Assembly: GCA_026023565.1 (NCBI GenBank)
Contig: JAPETS010000017.1
Location: 434,001 to 498,000, forward strand
Direction of reading: 5' to 3'
Length of the DNA: 64,000 bases
Source of the DNA: Cirrosporium novae-zelandiae
Lineage: Eukaryota
Of this stretch, positions 11,528 to 24,200 are shown piece by piece. The first letter of the stretch is position 1. Every line of letters starts with the position of its first letter. The translations under genes and the position numbers were made by a program. Below the pieces are notes generated by a model, which searched no databases, had not been told where the DNA came from, and worked only from the letters and a program-made list of their open reading frames with translations.

Positions 11528-12627
11528 TTTCTTTATTAAAGCCTTTGCCCTCTGATCATGATGTGAAATCCCACGTTGCTAATTCCGCTTTAGGTACCTA
11601 CCACTGAGTTTTGCACACCAGATTGTGATTTCTATCAACTGGCCTTTGTATTGTTGGAACGGCGCATAACCTCAAGGTCGTGTACAGCTTTTCATATCAA
11701 TATTGCTGTAGCTACTGTACAGCACACGCTATACTTGATCAATTCCTTTAAGTAGTTTATGAGAACAAATAAAAAAAATTATTATTATTCAGATGTTCTT
11801 TCACCCACTTATTAGTACATTTTCACGTACCTAACTAACCTTAGTTTTTGACATCTACCTAGAGTTTTGTCACCTTACAATATACATTGAAAATTCATTT
11901 CAATCCTCCACCAAACATCTTACTGTGAATGTATGCTAACCCTAGGTAATTCCCTTGCGTAGTATGCTTCACGCTCAGCACAGTCCTTTATAAGGGAGAC
12001 CGCTGCCCGACTTGTAAGGTCATTGTTGGACGCTCCTAAGCTATCAGTATATCTAGCCTATCATCCTTGTCTATATATTTATCTCTAACACGCTCGCTGC
12101 CCCCACACTTACTGAGCATCTATTAAGTAAGAGACTAATGGTTAATGAGGTGATAAAATTCTAAGATAATATACAGCATGGTATTGCTCAAGACAATTTT
12201 CTTTGAGAATTCCGTGGTATATCTCCTTTAGTACAGCTCTGTTTGGTATTCACTGCAGGTACCGTAGGGGAGGCGGGAGGGGCCACATGGCAGCCTAAAT
12301 TCAAGCTAATATCTCACGTGCACCATGCTTTTCTAATTTTAGCCCCTCGTCTAATCCTTCCTTTTCCATCATCCTCGTCTCAAATTGCCTTTTACATCAT
12401 TCATCACCTTCATGACGTCACTAATATAACCAATCAACCCTGAACCAGTATAAAGTACTGTGACAGAGTAAGCTTCCAGTTATTCCCATTTATTATTTTA
12501 TGAATGTTTATTTCCTCTCAACTTTGAAGATTCAAGGGAACATTGGACTATATCGAGTAACCCTTAAGGTCAAATCGTTGTACTAATCAATTATGGATTC
12601 CAGTATCACAAATCATCTATCATTAAC

Positions 12628-13301
12628 ATGCCTACTCTTCGACCAGGCAAGAAATACAAAAGCTCCCTCATAAACTATCAAGATCTACAGAATACCCCCG
12701 TGAGTTATCAAGACCTACAGCATAATTCATACATAGTACAGTGCCTAATGAGAAGTAGGAAGCCCCCATGAGTCAGAATGTAGCTCTTGAAATTATCCCC
12801 CAAGAACTACATGATATGATATGCGCTTCTCTGGACACGAATGAACTGGCTAACTTATGCCTCACGTCAAAGACTCTGCTCGCTAAGACTAACGGGGCAG
12901 GAGGTATGAAGCTTGGCTTTTTGAAAACAGGGGATCCATGGAACATGACATTATTCTTGCTGCGTAATAGGCTATGGATCTTGAAAGAAGAGGATTCAGT
13001 ATTTATATGGCGCAAGACAAGATGGGTGTTCATTGAAGAGAGCAAAGCCTCCGAGTACAAGGAAGAGCCTTCGACAGATTACTACCTTTGTACAACCTTG
13101 AACAAGTTTGTGTTTCATTGCGAATGTTTGAAAGGAGGGATGCAAAGCAACTATAACGACGAAGACTTCGAGACCAATGGGGGTCACCGCTGCCACTACC
13201 ACATAGAAGAGACCAGACAGTTGCGAAGAGTGGATTATGGGAGTCAGATTGAGGAAAATGAAGAAAGCAGGGAAGGTAAGGAAGGAGAGAGTGACGCATA
13301 A
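12628..13301 (+). CDS. Small F-box-like protein, 2 exons
   Basis: Exon 12628-12699, intron 12700-12758 (GTGAGT..CTAAT..TAG), then in frame into LEIIPQELHDMICASLDTNELANLCLTSKTL, an F-box-like pattern. Cys/His-containing C-terminal part. Confidence 0.6.
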
Positions 13302-14705
13302 GCTATTCTGCTGTCTATGGGGCACACTTATACCCCACTTTCGAGCTACTTTATATGTGGCTTGTGATGGATGAGATGTGAACAAAACATGGATAGGGGC
13401 AATACGATACCCCGAGGATATTCTCTCCACTTTAGAGTCATGACTGCATTGACTCTGGAGATCTATGAAGTGTCCATTGGATAAGCATGATTTTTTCTGG
13501 ATGTACGTAGTTTCTTGATAAATACTTTCTCTCATTTTCTCCTTATCCGGTTCCAAGTTCGAAGGATTGTGCACATAACTGGTAGAACTACCGCGATCAT
13601 GCAATTGAAGTTGGCTGTTCCTACGCCTGGAAACAATTGGAAGAGTTATAAGTAAAGTCGTCCTTGATTTTATGAGTCTGTGGGTCTGTTTGTTGTCAAT
13701 ACCTAGGTAATCAGCTGGGGACAATGTAGGTTGTTTGAGAATACTTTTAGTGAGAGATTGAGATTAGAAGCTTAATGATGGATTGACGCCGGTCAAGAGA
13801 GGGAGGTCTTCCGGTCCTGGGCGCGTTTCGGGTCGAGGGGTTCAACCTTTCAACCTTAACAAACCTCAACTACACAACACAAACATCTTGCAAATATCAA
13901 AGAGGCACCAAAAAATAATTAGACTACTGGACCAAAACACCCGATCCTACTATTATGTCCTATCTTGCAAGTCTAACCCACCGTGCATACAAGTAAACTT
14001 CGTGTCTGTCATCATTTGATCAGTCATCATTTATCCCCCTCCTCATAGTTATACAAATACGACTGTGAGAAAAATGCACTTTGAAACACCAATCTTCGAT
14101 GAATCCTCCCGCTGTGAACCGAAACAAAATAGGAAAAGTCATATTCATGCACTGTCCTAGATTTCCCCCGTTATCCCAAACCTAATCAAAAGAAGCGAAG
14201 AAGGATTTATCTCGCCATCCTCGAAGATTTTTATGGATAAGCGCACGTTGCTAGAGGTTTAAGATCTATGCATCAAAGAGATGAAGCACTTGCTAAGGTT
14301 GAATCGAAGCATACCGATGATCTCCAGAGTTCACAGGCTTGCAGATGTCCCAAGATTAGCTCAAATGTCAGTATAGTAGTAGGATCTCCGATAGTGGTGT
14401 TCCACTAAAAGTCAGAGTCTGGTAAATATCCTGGCCCTCATAAGCCCAGTTAATACCTTCCCATATCTCTCTTTTTGTCTTCATCACTTTCTTGCTCATT
14501 TGCTTCATCGCATTCGTTTTATTCGCTCGTTTGGTGCAAAGGGTCCGAGACTCGACACTCACGATCTTTATCTATTTCGCTCATTCATTGAGGTCAAGTC
14601 CTCGAACACTTTTAAATTTACTTCTACCAGCCAGTTCTGGTCTATCGGTCTTTATTTTTATATTTAGTTACTGTCGGACTATATAGCAATTCATCGTCAC
14701 TAGCA

Positions 14706-16857
14706 ATGACAATGCAATTCAGCAGCTTCAGCAGACTAGCGTTAGGGCTTCTGGCCGCCTTTGCGGCTCCCACGGCGGCATTCTGGCGTTTGCCTTGTAA
14801 ATCTCCTCTCGTTGTTGAACGTGCTGATCCTATTGTTACGCCTGGTAAGATCTCTAGCCATGTTCATACCATTATGGGTGGGAATGGCTTCGGATTTACC
14901 ATGAATTATGCTCAGACGCAAGCTTCGACCTGCTCCTCTTGTACTGTGTCAAAAGATATGTCAAATTATTGGACGCCGAATCTGTATTATCATGCCGAGA
15001 ACGGAAGTTTTATCGATGTTGAACAGGTTGGTGGAGTCACCGTTTATTATCTGTAAGTATTTTATATGCATTAATGAAGAAGCACGGCCTAACCTCCTGT
15101 AGACAACGCTCTAGCACGGGCAGCCAACTAGCTTTCCCTAAAGGATTTCGCATGGTTTCTGGCAATCCATTTTTGCGCAACTTTACTGACACAACCGAGG
15201 CGAACGCTGTCAGCTACGCTTGCTTGAACTACGATGGACCCGCAACAGCAGAAACCAACGGATTTCCCACCGTCAATTGCCCAGATGGACTTCGTTCACA
15301 AGTTTACTTTCCTTCTTGCTGGGATGGAGTCAATCTAGATTCTACAGACCACAAATCACATGTTGCCTTCCCGACAGATGGTTATAACGGAGGCATATGC
15401 CCTGATACACACCCTAAGCATCTAGTTTCGATCTTCTTTGAAATTATCTGGAACACAAACGCTTTTACCAACGACTGGTATGGGGATAGTCAACCATTTG
15501 TGTGGGCAATGGGTGATCCAACCGGCTATGGGTTCCATGGCGATTTTGTATTTCTCCCTTCACTATCAGCCTATATGAAACTGCTAATAACCTTTAGGTC
15601 AATGGTTGGGACATAGATACCCTTCAGAATGCGGTAGATACATGCACCAACGATAGTGGCAGAGTAGAGGACTGCCCTGTATTTGACTTGATCTCTGATA
15701 CCCAAGCCGAAGGTTGCAAAATTGGTTCCAGCATTGATGAAACCGTTACCGGAGTTCTTGATGCCCTCCCGGGCTGCAATACAGTCCAAGATGGCCCTGA
15801 ACAGGCTACCGTTGAGACTGCATGTGCCTCAAGTGCAAATGTCACAATTGGCAATCAAGCAACATTCTACACCGACGTGACCCAGACAAAGGATTTTGAG
15901 TACGTTGGATGTGGTACCGATGGCTATGGCACACGTATCCTTACTGGTGCAAACGAAAGCAACGAAAACATGACTGTAGAGAATTGTATTGATTTCTGCG
16001 TTGGACAGGGCTACTCTGTTGCTGGGATGGAATATGCTGATCAGTGCTATTGTGGCGACTCGATCCCTAGCTCTGGTGCACCTACTCCAGGGATTGTTGG
16101 ACAGTGCACATACAAATGCGCTGGTGATTCAACCGAATATTGCGGAGGCTATGGGACGATTTCTTTATACCAGAAGTGCGGCAGTACATGCGAAAATGCA
16201 CAATTTGGGGTCTCAAGCAATTCTACTACTTCAGAGTCTTCGTCATTATCTGGTACATCTTTAGCAGCAGCATCTACCTCTGTTTCCGTGGCGTCTACTC
16301 TCGGAACGTCTACTACTATGACCTCTTCCGTTTCAGTCTCGATTGTTGCATCAACCGCCATTCATATTGCCGTGACATCTAGCACCAAATCTTCAACCCC
16401 TTCATTGACAGCTACCACCGCCGCCTCGCCTTCCGAAGCTTCTGCCAAGGCTTCCAGTACCATTTCCTCTATCAGTTCGTTCCCCACAAAAGTCACCAAT
16501 ATTACCCTTCCTTCAAATTGGCACTACGCTGGTTGCTATACTGATGCCGTAAACCCACGGTCTCTTCCGAATTGGGGTTGGTGGGGCGAGGCCATCACCA
16601 GTTCTGGATGTGCTTCTTACTGTAATGAGAAAGGCTATAGTATTGCGGGCACCGAATACTCTGGACAATGTTTCTGTGGCAATGCACTGGCACAAAGTGA
16701 GGCCTTGGATGAAGGAGAATGTAACATGACATGTGAGGGCGACGCTGGGGAAATCTGCGGAGGTAGTGCGAAGCTGAGTGTGTTTACGAAGCTAGACGGA
16801 AGCGCAAGGAGACACAAGAGACATGGTAGGAGAGATAGGCATGCAGGCGTCTTCTAA
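14706..16857 (+). CDS. Secreted DUF1996 protein with two WSC domains
   Basis: Signal peptide, then FWRLPC..ERADPIV.PG..SSHVHTIMGG, DMSNYWTP, FPSCWDG and GDPTGYGFHGDF (DUF1996). Two WSC domains (YVGC..MTVENC..AGMEYADQCYCG; YAGCYTD..AGTEYSGQCFCG) flank a Ser/Thr linker. Introns 15053-15102 and 15548-15597. Confidence 0.9.
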
Positions 16858-17552
16858 TAGGCTGAGTTTGGTTGGATTAATCGGCAATTAACTTTGGATT
16901 CTAAACCAGACAGGCTTTGTCCATTAACAGATGGATAACACCTAGCGATTATTTGCGTTTTCTGTGTACATTATTTTGGAGAAAAATATGGTTGCGATCG
17001 TCGTGAGGGTTCGACTTGAAGATCATAAAGCAATTTCAGATTCCTTCTTATTTCAATTCGCCCTTTAAATAGCTCTTCTCCTATTCGACAGAATTGCCAG
17101 AGGATAGGAATAGCGTAGTATGTGCATTGTGCGACTATTCGTGATATGATGGGTTTCGAGGATGGGGCTGTCCTTGCTGGTATGGGGTTAACGTATATCT
17201 CTAGGTAGCCTATTGGTGAATTTTAAGGCTATAGGCTTACAATCATGATGATCCATAATAGTAGATTAATAATAAAGAGAAATTCAGAGGAATATTTAGT
17301 AGTATGTAGTATTAATGCCTGAGGCATAAACAAAATTGATGAGGATTTGTCTATAAGTTCCCGAAACGGTCTAGCCTCTCCAAATACCAATGACCTCTCA
17401 ATGTTATTCTTGGACTTGAGAATTTTCAAGATTAGACTCTCCTCTTCGCTCGTTCTGCTTTTGAATTACTATTTTATCTAACCTCTAAGACTGTTGCCAA
17501 GTTGCTTTCATTGACTTTGCCGGATTAGGCCTTATGTGGATTTGCCCTTAGT

Positions 17553-17788
17553 ATTGTTCTTGCCACGGACTTCAGAACTTGAGTTAATACTCGCAGAGGC
17601 TTCTTTGATCAGTTGTCTAGGTGCCTCACTAGATCCAGCAGAATTCTAGATATTGATGAAACATGTGCCTCTCGTTGAGTTGCCATTGTTCCACCATGAA
17701 TGGAGGTGGAGGTGGAGGTGGAGATAGAGGTGGTGGACCAACGATGGTTAACTCCTATTATGGCGAAAGGGATACACATTGTTATAAA
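17553..17788 (+). promoter_or_regulatory. Candidate mating/pheromone regulatory motifs upstream of STE2
   Basis: ATTGTT at 17553, 17685 and 17778; ATGAAACA (pheromone-response-element-like) at 17656-17663; TATAAA at 17783. These are short motifs and could occur by chance. Confidence 0.3.
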
Positions 17789-18107
17789 TCTTGCAATCCT
17801 TATTATTCTAGAGAAAGTGCTCATATTGTCTTCTACCACCAGTGCCATATATATATATTCTACAACTTTTTCTTTCAACTCTCATTTCCATTTCCATTTC
17901 TTGCTTTATCTCATACTCTTCACAATCCCTTTGACCTAAAACCACCATCTCGCAAAGATTTTAGTCTGTATCATTGCTTCTGGCTCTGGCAGCTGTGGCA
18001 AAACTAGTCGCGATACTTGAACTTCTTCCGCTCAAAGATCTATCTCTGCCTGAAGTGTTATATCTCACTCCCTACAAGCAAAATTACAAAGGCCTCCTCC
18101 AGCAACC

Positions 18108-19369
18108 ATGTCTTCCTCACACTCAAACTCAACCTTCGATCCTTTTGATCAGGTCATAACCCTCCAAACCCCTAACGGCGAATCAATTCCGCTCCCCCTT
18201 CCTATCCTGCAAGAATTCATCGACTACCAAACCAAAACCGTCATCAACTATGGCAGTCAGCTCGGTGCCTCTCTGATAGTCCTCATCATTCTACTCCTAC
18301 TCACAAGGCCCGAAAAACGGACTACAATCTTCGTTCTTAATTCCCTGGCGCTCTGTATCAACTTCATCCGATATGTGATTGCATGCTGTTACTTCACCGG
18401 TCCCTGGAGCAACGTCTATGCCTATTTCACTGGCGATTACTCCAGGGTCCGACCAACCGACTACGCACAATCTGTCACTTCGGAAGTGCTTCCCCTTTTC
18501 GTCCTCCTGTGCATCGAAGCATCACTCACGCTGCAAACCCGTGTCATCACGAAGACCATGAAATCTCTATACGGCAGTGTCTTGCTCCTAACCTCGGTGC
18601 TCGTCGCGCTTGTAGCCATCGGCTTTCGCTTCGGTATGGTAGTCACCAACTGCGAGGCAATTCTGAATACGGAGGCATACATAGAGTACCAGTGGCTGCT
18701 TTCAGCAACAAACATCACAACCACGATTAGCATATGCTACTTCAGCGCCATTTTCGGAACCAAGCTCGGCTATACGATTTGGGAACGACGTCGTTTGGGT
18801 CTCCGGCAGTTCGGTCCCATGCAAATCCTCTTTGTGACAAGCTGTCAAACCCTATTCATTCCAGGTACGTACACTTCCTCCCTCCTCCTCTCCTTGTTCT
18901 TTATCCCATCTCCTCATCACATCATCCAATACAAACTAACATAACAACAGCCATTTTCTCCATCCTCCAATACCCCCTCCCCAACGTTCCCGTAATCTAC
19001 ACCAACGTCCTAACTCTAACCTGCATCTTCCTCCCCCTCTCAACCCTCTGGGCCGCCTCCCACACTTCCACCTCCTCCTCCGCCCCCCCGAATTTCCGCC
19101 CCCGCCTTAAGGGAATCCGCCTTCTCCCCTCCTCCTTCTCCGCCTCTTCCTCCTTTTCTGCAAAACGCCACCTCCTATTCGGGAGCTGGATGAACAACAG
19201 CAACAAAAGCAATAGCAGAAGCACATGGGGTGGTAGTGGTGGTGGATCGAATTTGACCTCGACAACAACGGCGGTGGATACGACTGAGATGGGAGAGAGG
19301 GAGCGGGATATGGGTATTTTGGAGGAGGGAGGTATCAGGGTCAATAAATCTTATAGTGTTGCTAGGTAG
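18108..19369 (+). CDS. STE2: Alpha-factor pheromone receptor (Ste2/PreB family 7TM GPCR)
   Basis: FDPFDQVITL, INYGSQLGAS, IFVLNSLAL, EASLTLQ, KLGYTIWERRRLGLRQFGPMQILF..CQTLFIP|AIFSILQY and LPLSTLWA. Intron 18865-18950. Confidence 0.95.
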
Positions 19370-20302
19370 TGAGTGAGTAGTATGTGTGTGTGGCCATCCA
19401 TCTGGGAATCATGATGAAAAATATGAAAAATATAAACCACCACTACTACCACCACTACTGCTACCATCATCATCAACCAGGGGTTTATGGTTTAGTTTAA
19501 TATAGGAACCTTTTTTTTCTTGCGAGCGATATCTAAACCTGAGACACTTAAGACTTGAGACTTGGCTAGCTAGCTATCTCTCCCATCTCTCCCATCTCTC
19601 TCATCTCTCTCATTCCTTACTTTTAAAATCAACTCAATTATCAATTGTTCATTATCATACCAGTCAATTCAATCCAATCCAATATCACTTTCTTATCTTT
19701 TTTTTCTTTCTTATATATATGTATGTAACCAACCCACCAAAAAAAGGAAAGGAAATTCCTTCGAATCGAATCTCTTTCTTTCACGCATTTACATCTATAT
19801 CCACCCCCCATATATATATACACACACATGCATATTTAACTAACACCTCCTCCTTCTCCCACTCACCCATCCACCACCAAAAAACACTCCTTCGAATCTA
19901 TCTTCCCTCTCTCCTCGTTCACACCCACACACCCATATATATATATATACTAACGCCTTCCCCCGCCGCTCTCCTCTACCCACCCCTTCCTCACCCTCAA
20001 TCTCAAGTTCAAGTCTCCAGAATTAAAAATAAGGATAAGAAAAAGAAGAAGAAGAAGAAGAATGGTAATGATAGTACTGTTGATGTTGACGTGGACGTGG
20101 ATAGGTTATAGTTGATTGTGGTTTTTTTATTGTGGGGGAAGGGGGTGTGTTTATTGTGGAGGTAGGGGGGAATTGTGAGAGAGGGGGATGGGGATAGGGA
20201 TTGGGGATTAGGGAAATAACCGAAAAGAAAAGAAATGGAAGGAAGGAATGGGAAAGGAAATGGAATAGCTATATAGATATTTGAATTATTTGTTATACTC
20301 AC

Positions 20303-20337
<35 letters not shown>

Positions 20338-21234
20338 TCCTATTCCCTTCGATCAATACATCATCCATCCCATCCCATCAATCCCCAAACCAAACCAAAT
20401 CCCTTCTTCTATCCCTTCTCCCCCCTTTTCCACTTTCTACTTTCCACTTTCCACTTATTCCTACTTACTATCTATACATACATTCCTCCCCTTCTTTTCT
20501 AAAAAAAAAAAAAAACTACGATTTGATGCATACATAGATAAGATAAGATGGGTAAGACATAACAAAAAAAAGAATGAAAAAGAGAACTTATATAGTGTTA
20601 TAGCGAAGCACAATGTTATATAAATATCTCTAATACTGGGTATGTATCTATATCCGCTCAAGTAATTAGCAGATATCTATCCCACGTCCTTTTTGGTTTT
20701 TGGCTTCGTTAGGTAAGAGTGAGTGTTGGGCCAACCTTGCCTTTCTAACATATATATAGTCAACTGCTTTGATTAATTGGTTATTGTTAAATCAATGCAA
20801 AATTCTCATTTAATAAAAACTATCTATATATCTAGACTATTTGTTTGCTTACTTATTAGTAGCTAAGGGAAGAGGGGAGGGGAACATCAAAACATGCTTT
20901 GTCAATTTGTAACTTGATCCTACTAACTAAGATCAGGGAAAGTCTTGAAGGAAAGGGAAAGGAAAGTAGAGAGAAGGGCATAATGGATTAAATGAAGCCG
21001 AATCGAATTAAAACCTGCGCATATCGGAAAGGAAGGGAAAGGGAGGAAACAAATTGGTTCTTGAGAATGCATGATGTCCGTCCGTCATATGAGATAGTCT
21101 CGCTTCATTGCAATCTCGTCTGCTCCACTGCTTGCTGAGCATCCCTCATCATGACCCTGCATAGGTTTCGCATCGGAGAAGAATAGATAAAGAAGACTGA
21201 GTTAATACACACCATCCACACCGCTCCCGTTTCA

Positions 21235-24200
21235 TCAGAGATAAAACATGCTCTCCGCCAAACTCTTACTCCAAGGTTTCCTCCACGCATCATCACCGTC
21301 TCGCAACTGCACTGGCAAAATCCACCCGTACCTATGATCTTTCTCCATTAGTTGTGCGATGTTGGTTGCATAATTTAGATCGGATGTGCCTCTGCTTTTG
21401 GGGGGGAAGTTGCAGTCGAGATTTGTGTGGCCATCTAAATATTCTTTGATGTATAGCTGGCCGCGGGCGCACATGAGGTCGGCCATGTAAGCGGGAGTGG
21501 CGTAGCTGACAGCTTTGGTGGCACGGGGAAATACGTAGCAGATATTGTTGGTCTGGGAAAGGTTAGTGGGGTTGTTGTGAAATGGAGATGTATTTGGCCA
21601 AAGACGCAAGAAAAAGTAAGTTGGGAACAAGTAGAAATATAGCCCGAGATAAATAACATCTGTATATGATCATAGTATATTGGGGATGTGTCGCCGTAAA
21701 GTCACCAGAGCCTTGTCATTGTTTTTAGTAACATAAGAACTTCAGATGACTTACAAATTTGAAAATCTCTTCGTGCGTCAGCCCAATCTCGTTGAGAAGA
21801 ACAATATAGTGGGCGGGTATGGCGGTTCCCTTGAGAGCGTAATGGCTCTGAAGGTAAAATTCGGGTTGGCACCGACTAGTAATATAGTTGCTGACGAGGA
21901 GGCCACACTTAAAGCTTCCCTCCGATCTGGGACAAGTATCTTTAGGATTAACTGGATAAAAACGCTTTTTGTGACGTTTGGAGCAAATCACAAATGTGAC
22001 TTTTGGCATGTAGCTAGGGAGTTTTTTTGCTTCTGCAAAATCCGCACAAGCTTTTTTGATCTGCGGTATCTCTCCAATGCGGACAGCTTCGTATTGACTA
22101 TCAGCTACGCCGTCGCGATAGAAAACTATATTGTTAGGAAGACAGTCGTTTTTGTTATACCAGGCCTGCAGTCTGTCTCCCATCATTTCGCAAAGGTTAT
22201 GCATAAACTAAAGGTCACCAATGTTTGTGCTTGTGTACTTATATCAAGGAATGCTACTTGCCTCCGAGTTTTTCCTCTGAAGGCGCATCGAGCCCGGATA
22301 AAACCCAAGATTATCATCTACAGTTGCCACCACAGCGTTGATCGATGGAGTGCCCTGGGCACTATTAGGTCTACTATGGGACACGTCGGCCCCCACAATC
22401 ATTGTTGAGAACCTGCCTGTTCTCGGATCCCGGAGTTTTCCTGGGATACATTTCTGATCAAGAAAATGATTGATCCCACCAAGCTTCGCATTAGCTTTGG
22501 AGGCAACATTTGACATTATCGATGCGTGTCTTCCTCCAATGCTTAGAAAGTTTTCTTCTGTCGTAGATACTGTATGGACCCCCACAACTCGGTCTGCTAC
22601 CCGCTTTGCAAATGCATATATCCAGGAGTCTTTATCATTTGGAAGGACCATAAATATGAATCTACTTCCATTTCCGGTCTTGAGGCCTTTAACAATTTCT
22701 GCTAAAAGATTCTGAAGATGATTGGAGAACATCTCCCGGATCCGAGGATCTATATGCAGTTGTTGACTCTGTCTGTCATTGACAGACATGTATTTCATAG
22801 GAGAATCTTGCCGCGAGACCTGAATACCATGGCTTTCGAAAACTGATTTGACCTGATCGGTTTTTCGTTTAAATTTATCGTTTAGGGGGGCTTTACCTAT
22901 CTTAATAAAACCGACGATGGCATGCACAGATTCTCGGAACTTCCTTAAGCCCCCGCTACCATTCGTAAGGTTCCAGGATGCTTGTGGGGATATCGCGACA
23001 GAGTCGTTTCTTTTGTAAAGCATCTTTGGTGTTGCCATGAAGGAGGCTGGTATTTTCAGGGGCTCGCATGCTATCTCAATACCAATGTTTTTCCTCTATT
23101 CATTGTTAGTAATTTCCTTAAAACCTCTTTGTAAGGACTTACAAAATTTGCTTTGGCAAGTCCTGAAATACCGAGGATATTTGCACCCTCACCCTCTACC
23201 AACTTTGCATTAAACCCTGGTCGTTTCACCGAAAAATTTACCAGTCGGCCCCTTTCTGTGGAGTTCAGTTCTGTCTTGCGGCATACCTGGTTCGGCTCTA
23301 TCGTCAAGAACTCAGCGGGGATCCAGATTGGCGTTTTGATAAACCCAATATTAACGGTAGGCAATGCTTGTTTAGTAATTGGCGAACCCTGTTGATTTTG
23401 AAAGTATTCGAGTACGGTGATCTCTTTCTCCCCGCGGTCTGTTTTCATGATAAATTTCTGTTCCATTGGAGGTAACCCAAAGTTAACAAAGGCACCCACA
23501 CCTTCACCTTTAGGATATTTCCACCTCATCTTAACAGATTCCAACAATCTCTCCAATATTTTGCATTAGCCTTCTTTCAGTGCTGTTCTGCCATCAACAT
23601 TACCAAGCGCGCAATATTCTTTGATGACATTCACTAGAGGTATGTTGTGGAAGAATATATGAACGATTGGGTTTACGTTCACAAGGAGGCCAGAAAATCC
23701 ACAGTATGCCGAAGAGAAGATACCCTTTCTAGCGAAGAAGAGTCTACTCAACTCTTGCTTGAATTTGGGATCCTCAACTAGTGGTATGTATTTGTTCCTG
23801 CCAACAGGGATAACATTATCGAACTGGCAAGGAAATTTTGAGATGAATGCGTTTAAAGCAGTTGCAGCCTCAGTGAAGTTGAAAGAATTGTTAAAACTGT
23901 CGCTGAATGCTTTAAGCTTTGCATGATTGATTGTATCTCTGTAGCTTATTGCGAAATCATTAAGGTTCTTATCTTGGCCATTCATAGACCCATATCCAGG
24001 GCCCTTGATTATTTTAACCTTTTCATTGAATGGTTTCTTCACTGAAAAGACGGCTCTGAGGTCGGTTGCCCATTCGTTAGGGTCAACGTTGAACTCCCTG
24101 TGCGTATACTCCTTGAGCGTAGCAAAAATAGCCCTGAGCTTTTCTGGGTTACTGATAGGCTTCACGCCTTCTGTAAGAGCAACATCGTAGATAAATATAT

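Noticed and set aside
12996..13724. 242-aa minus-strand ORF
   Set aside because: It is antisense to the F-box-like gene, has a non-ATG start and shows no motif; probably a shadow ORF.
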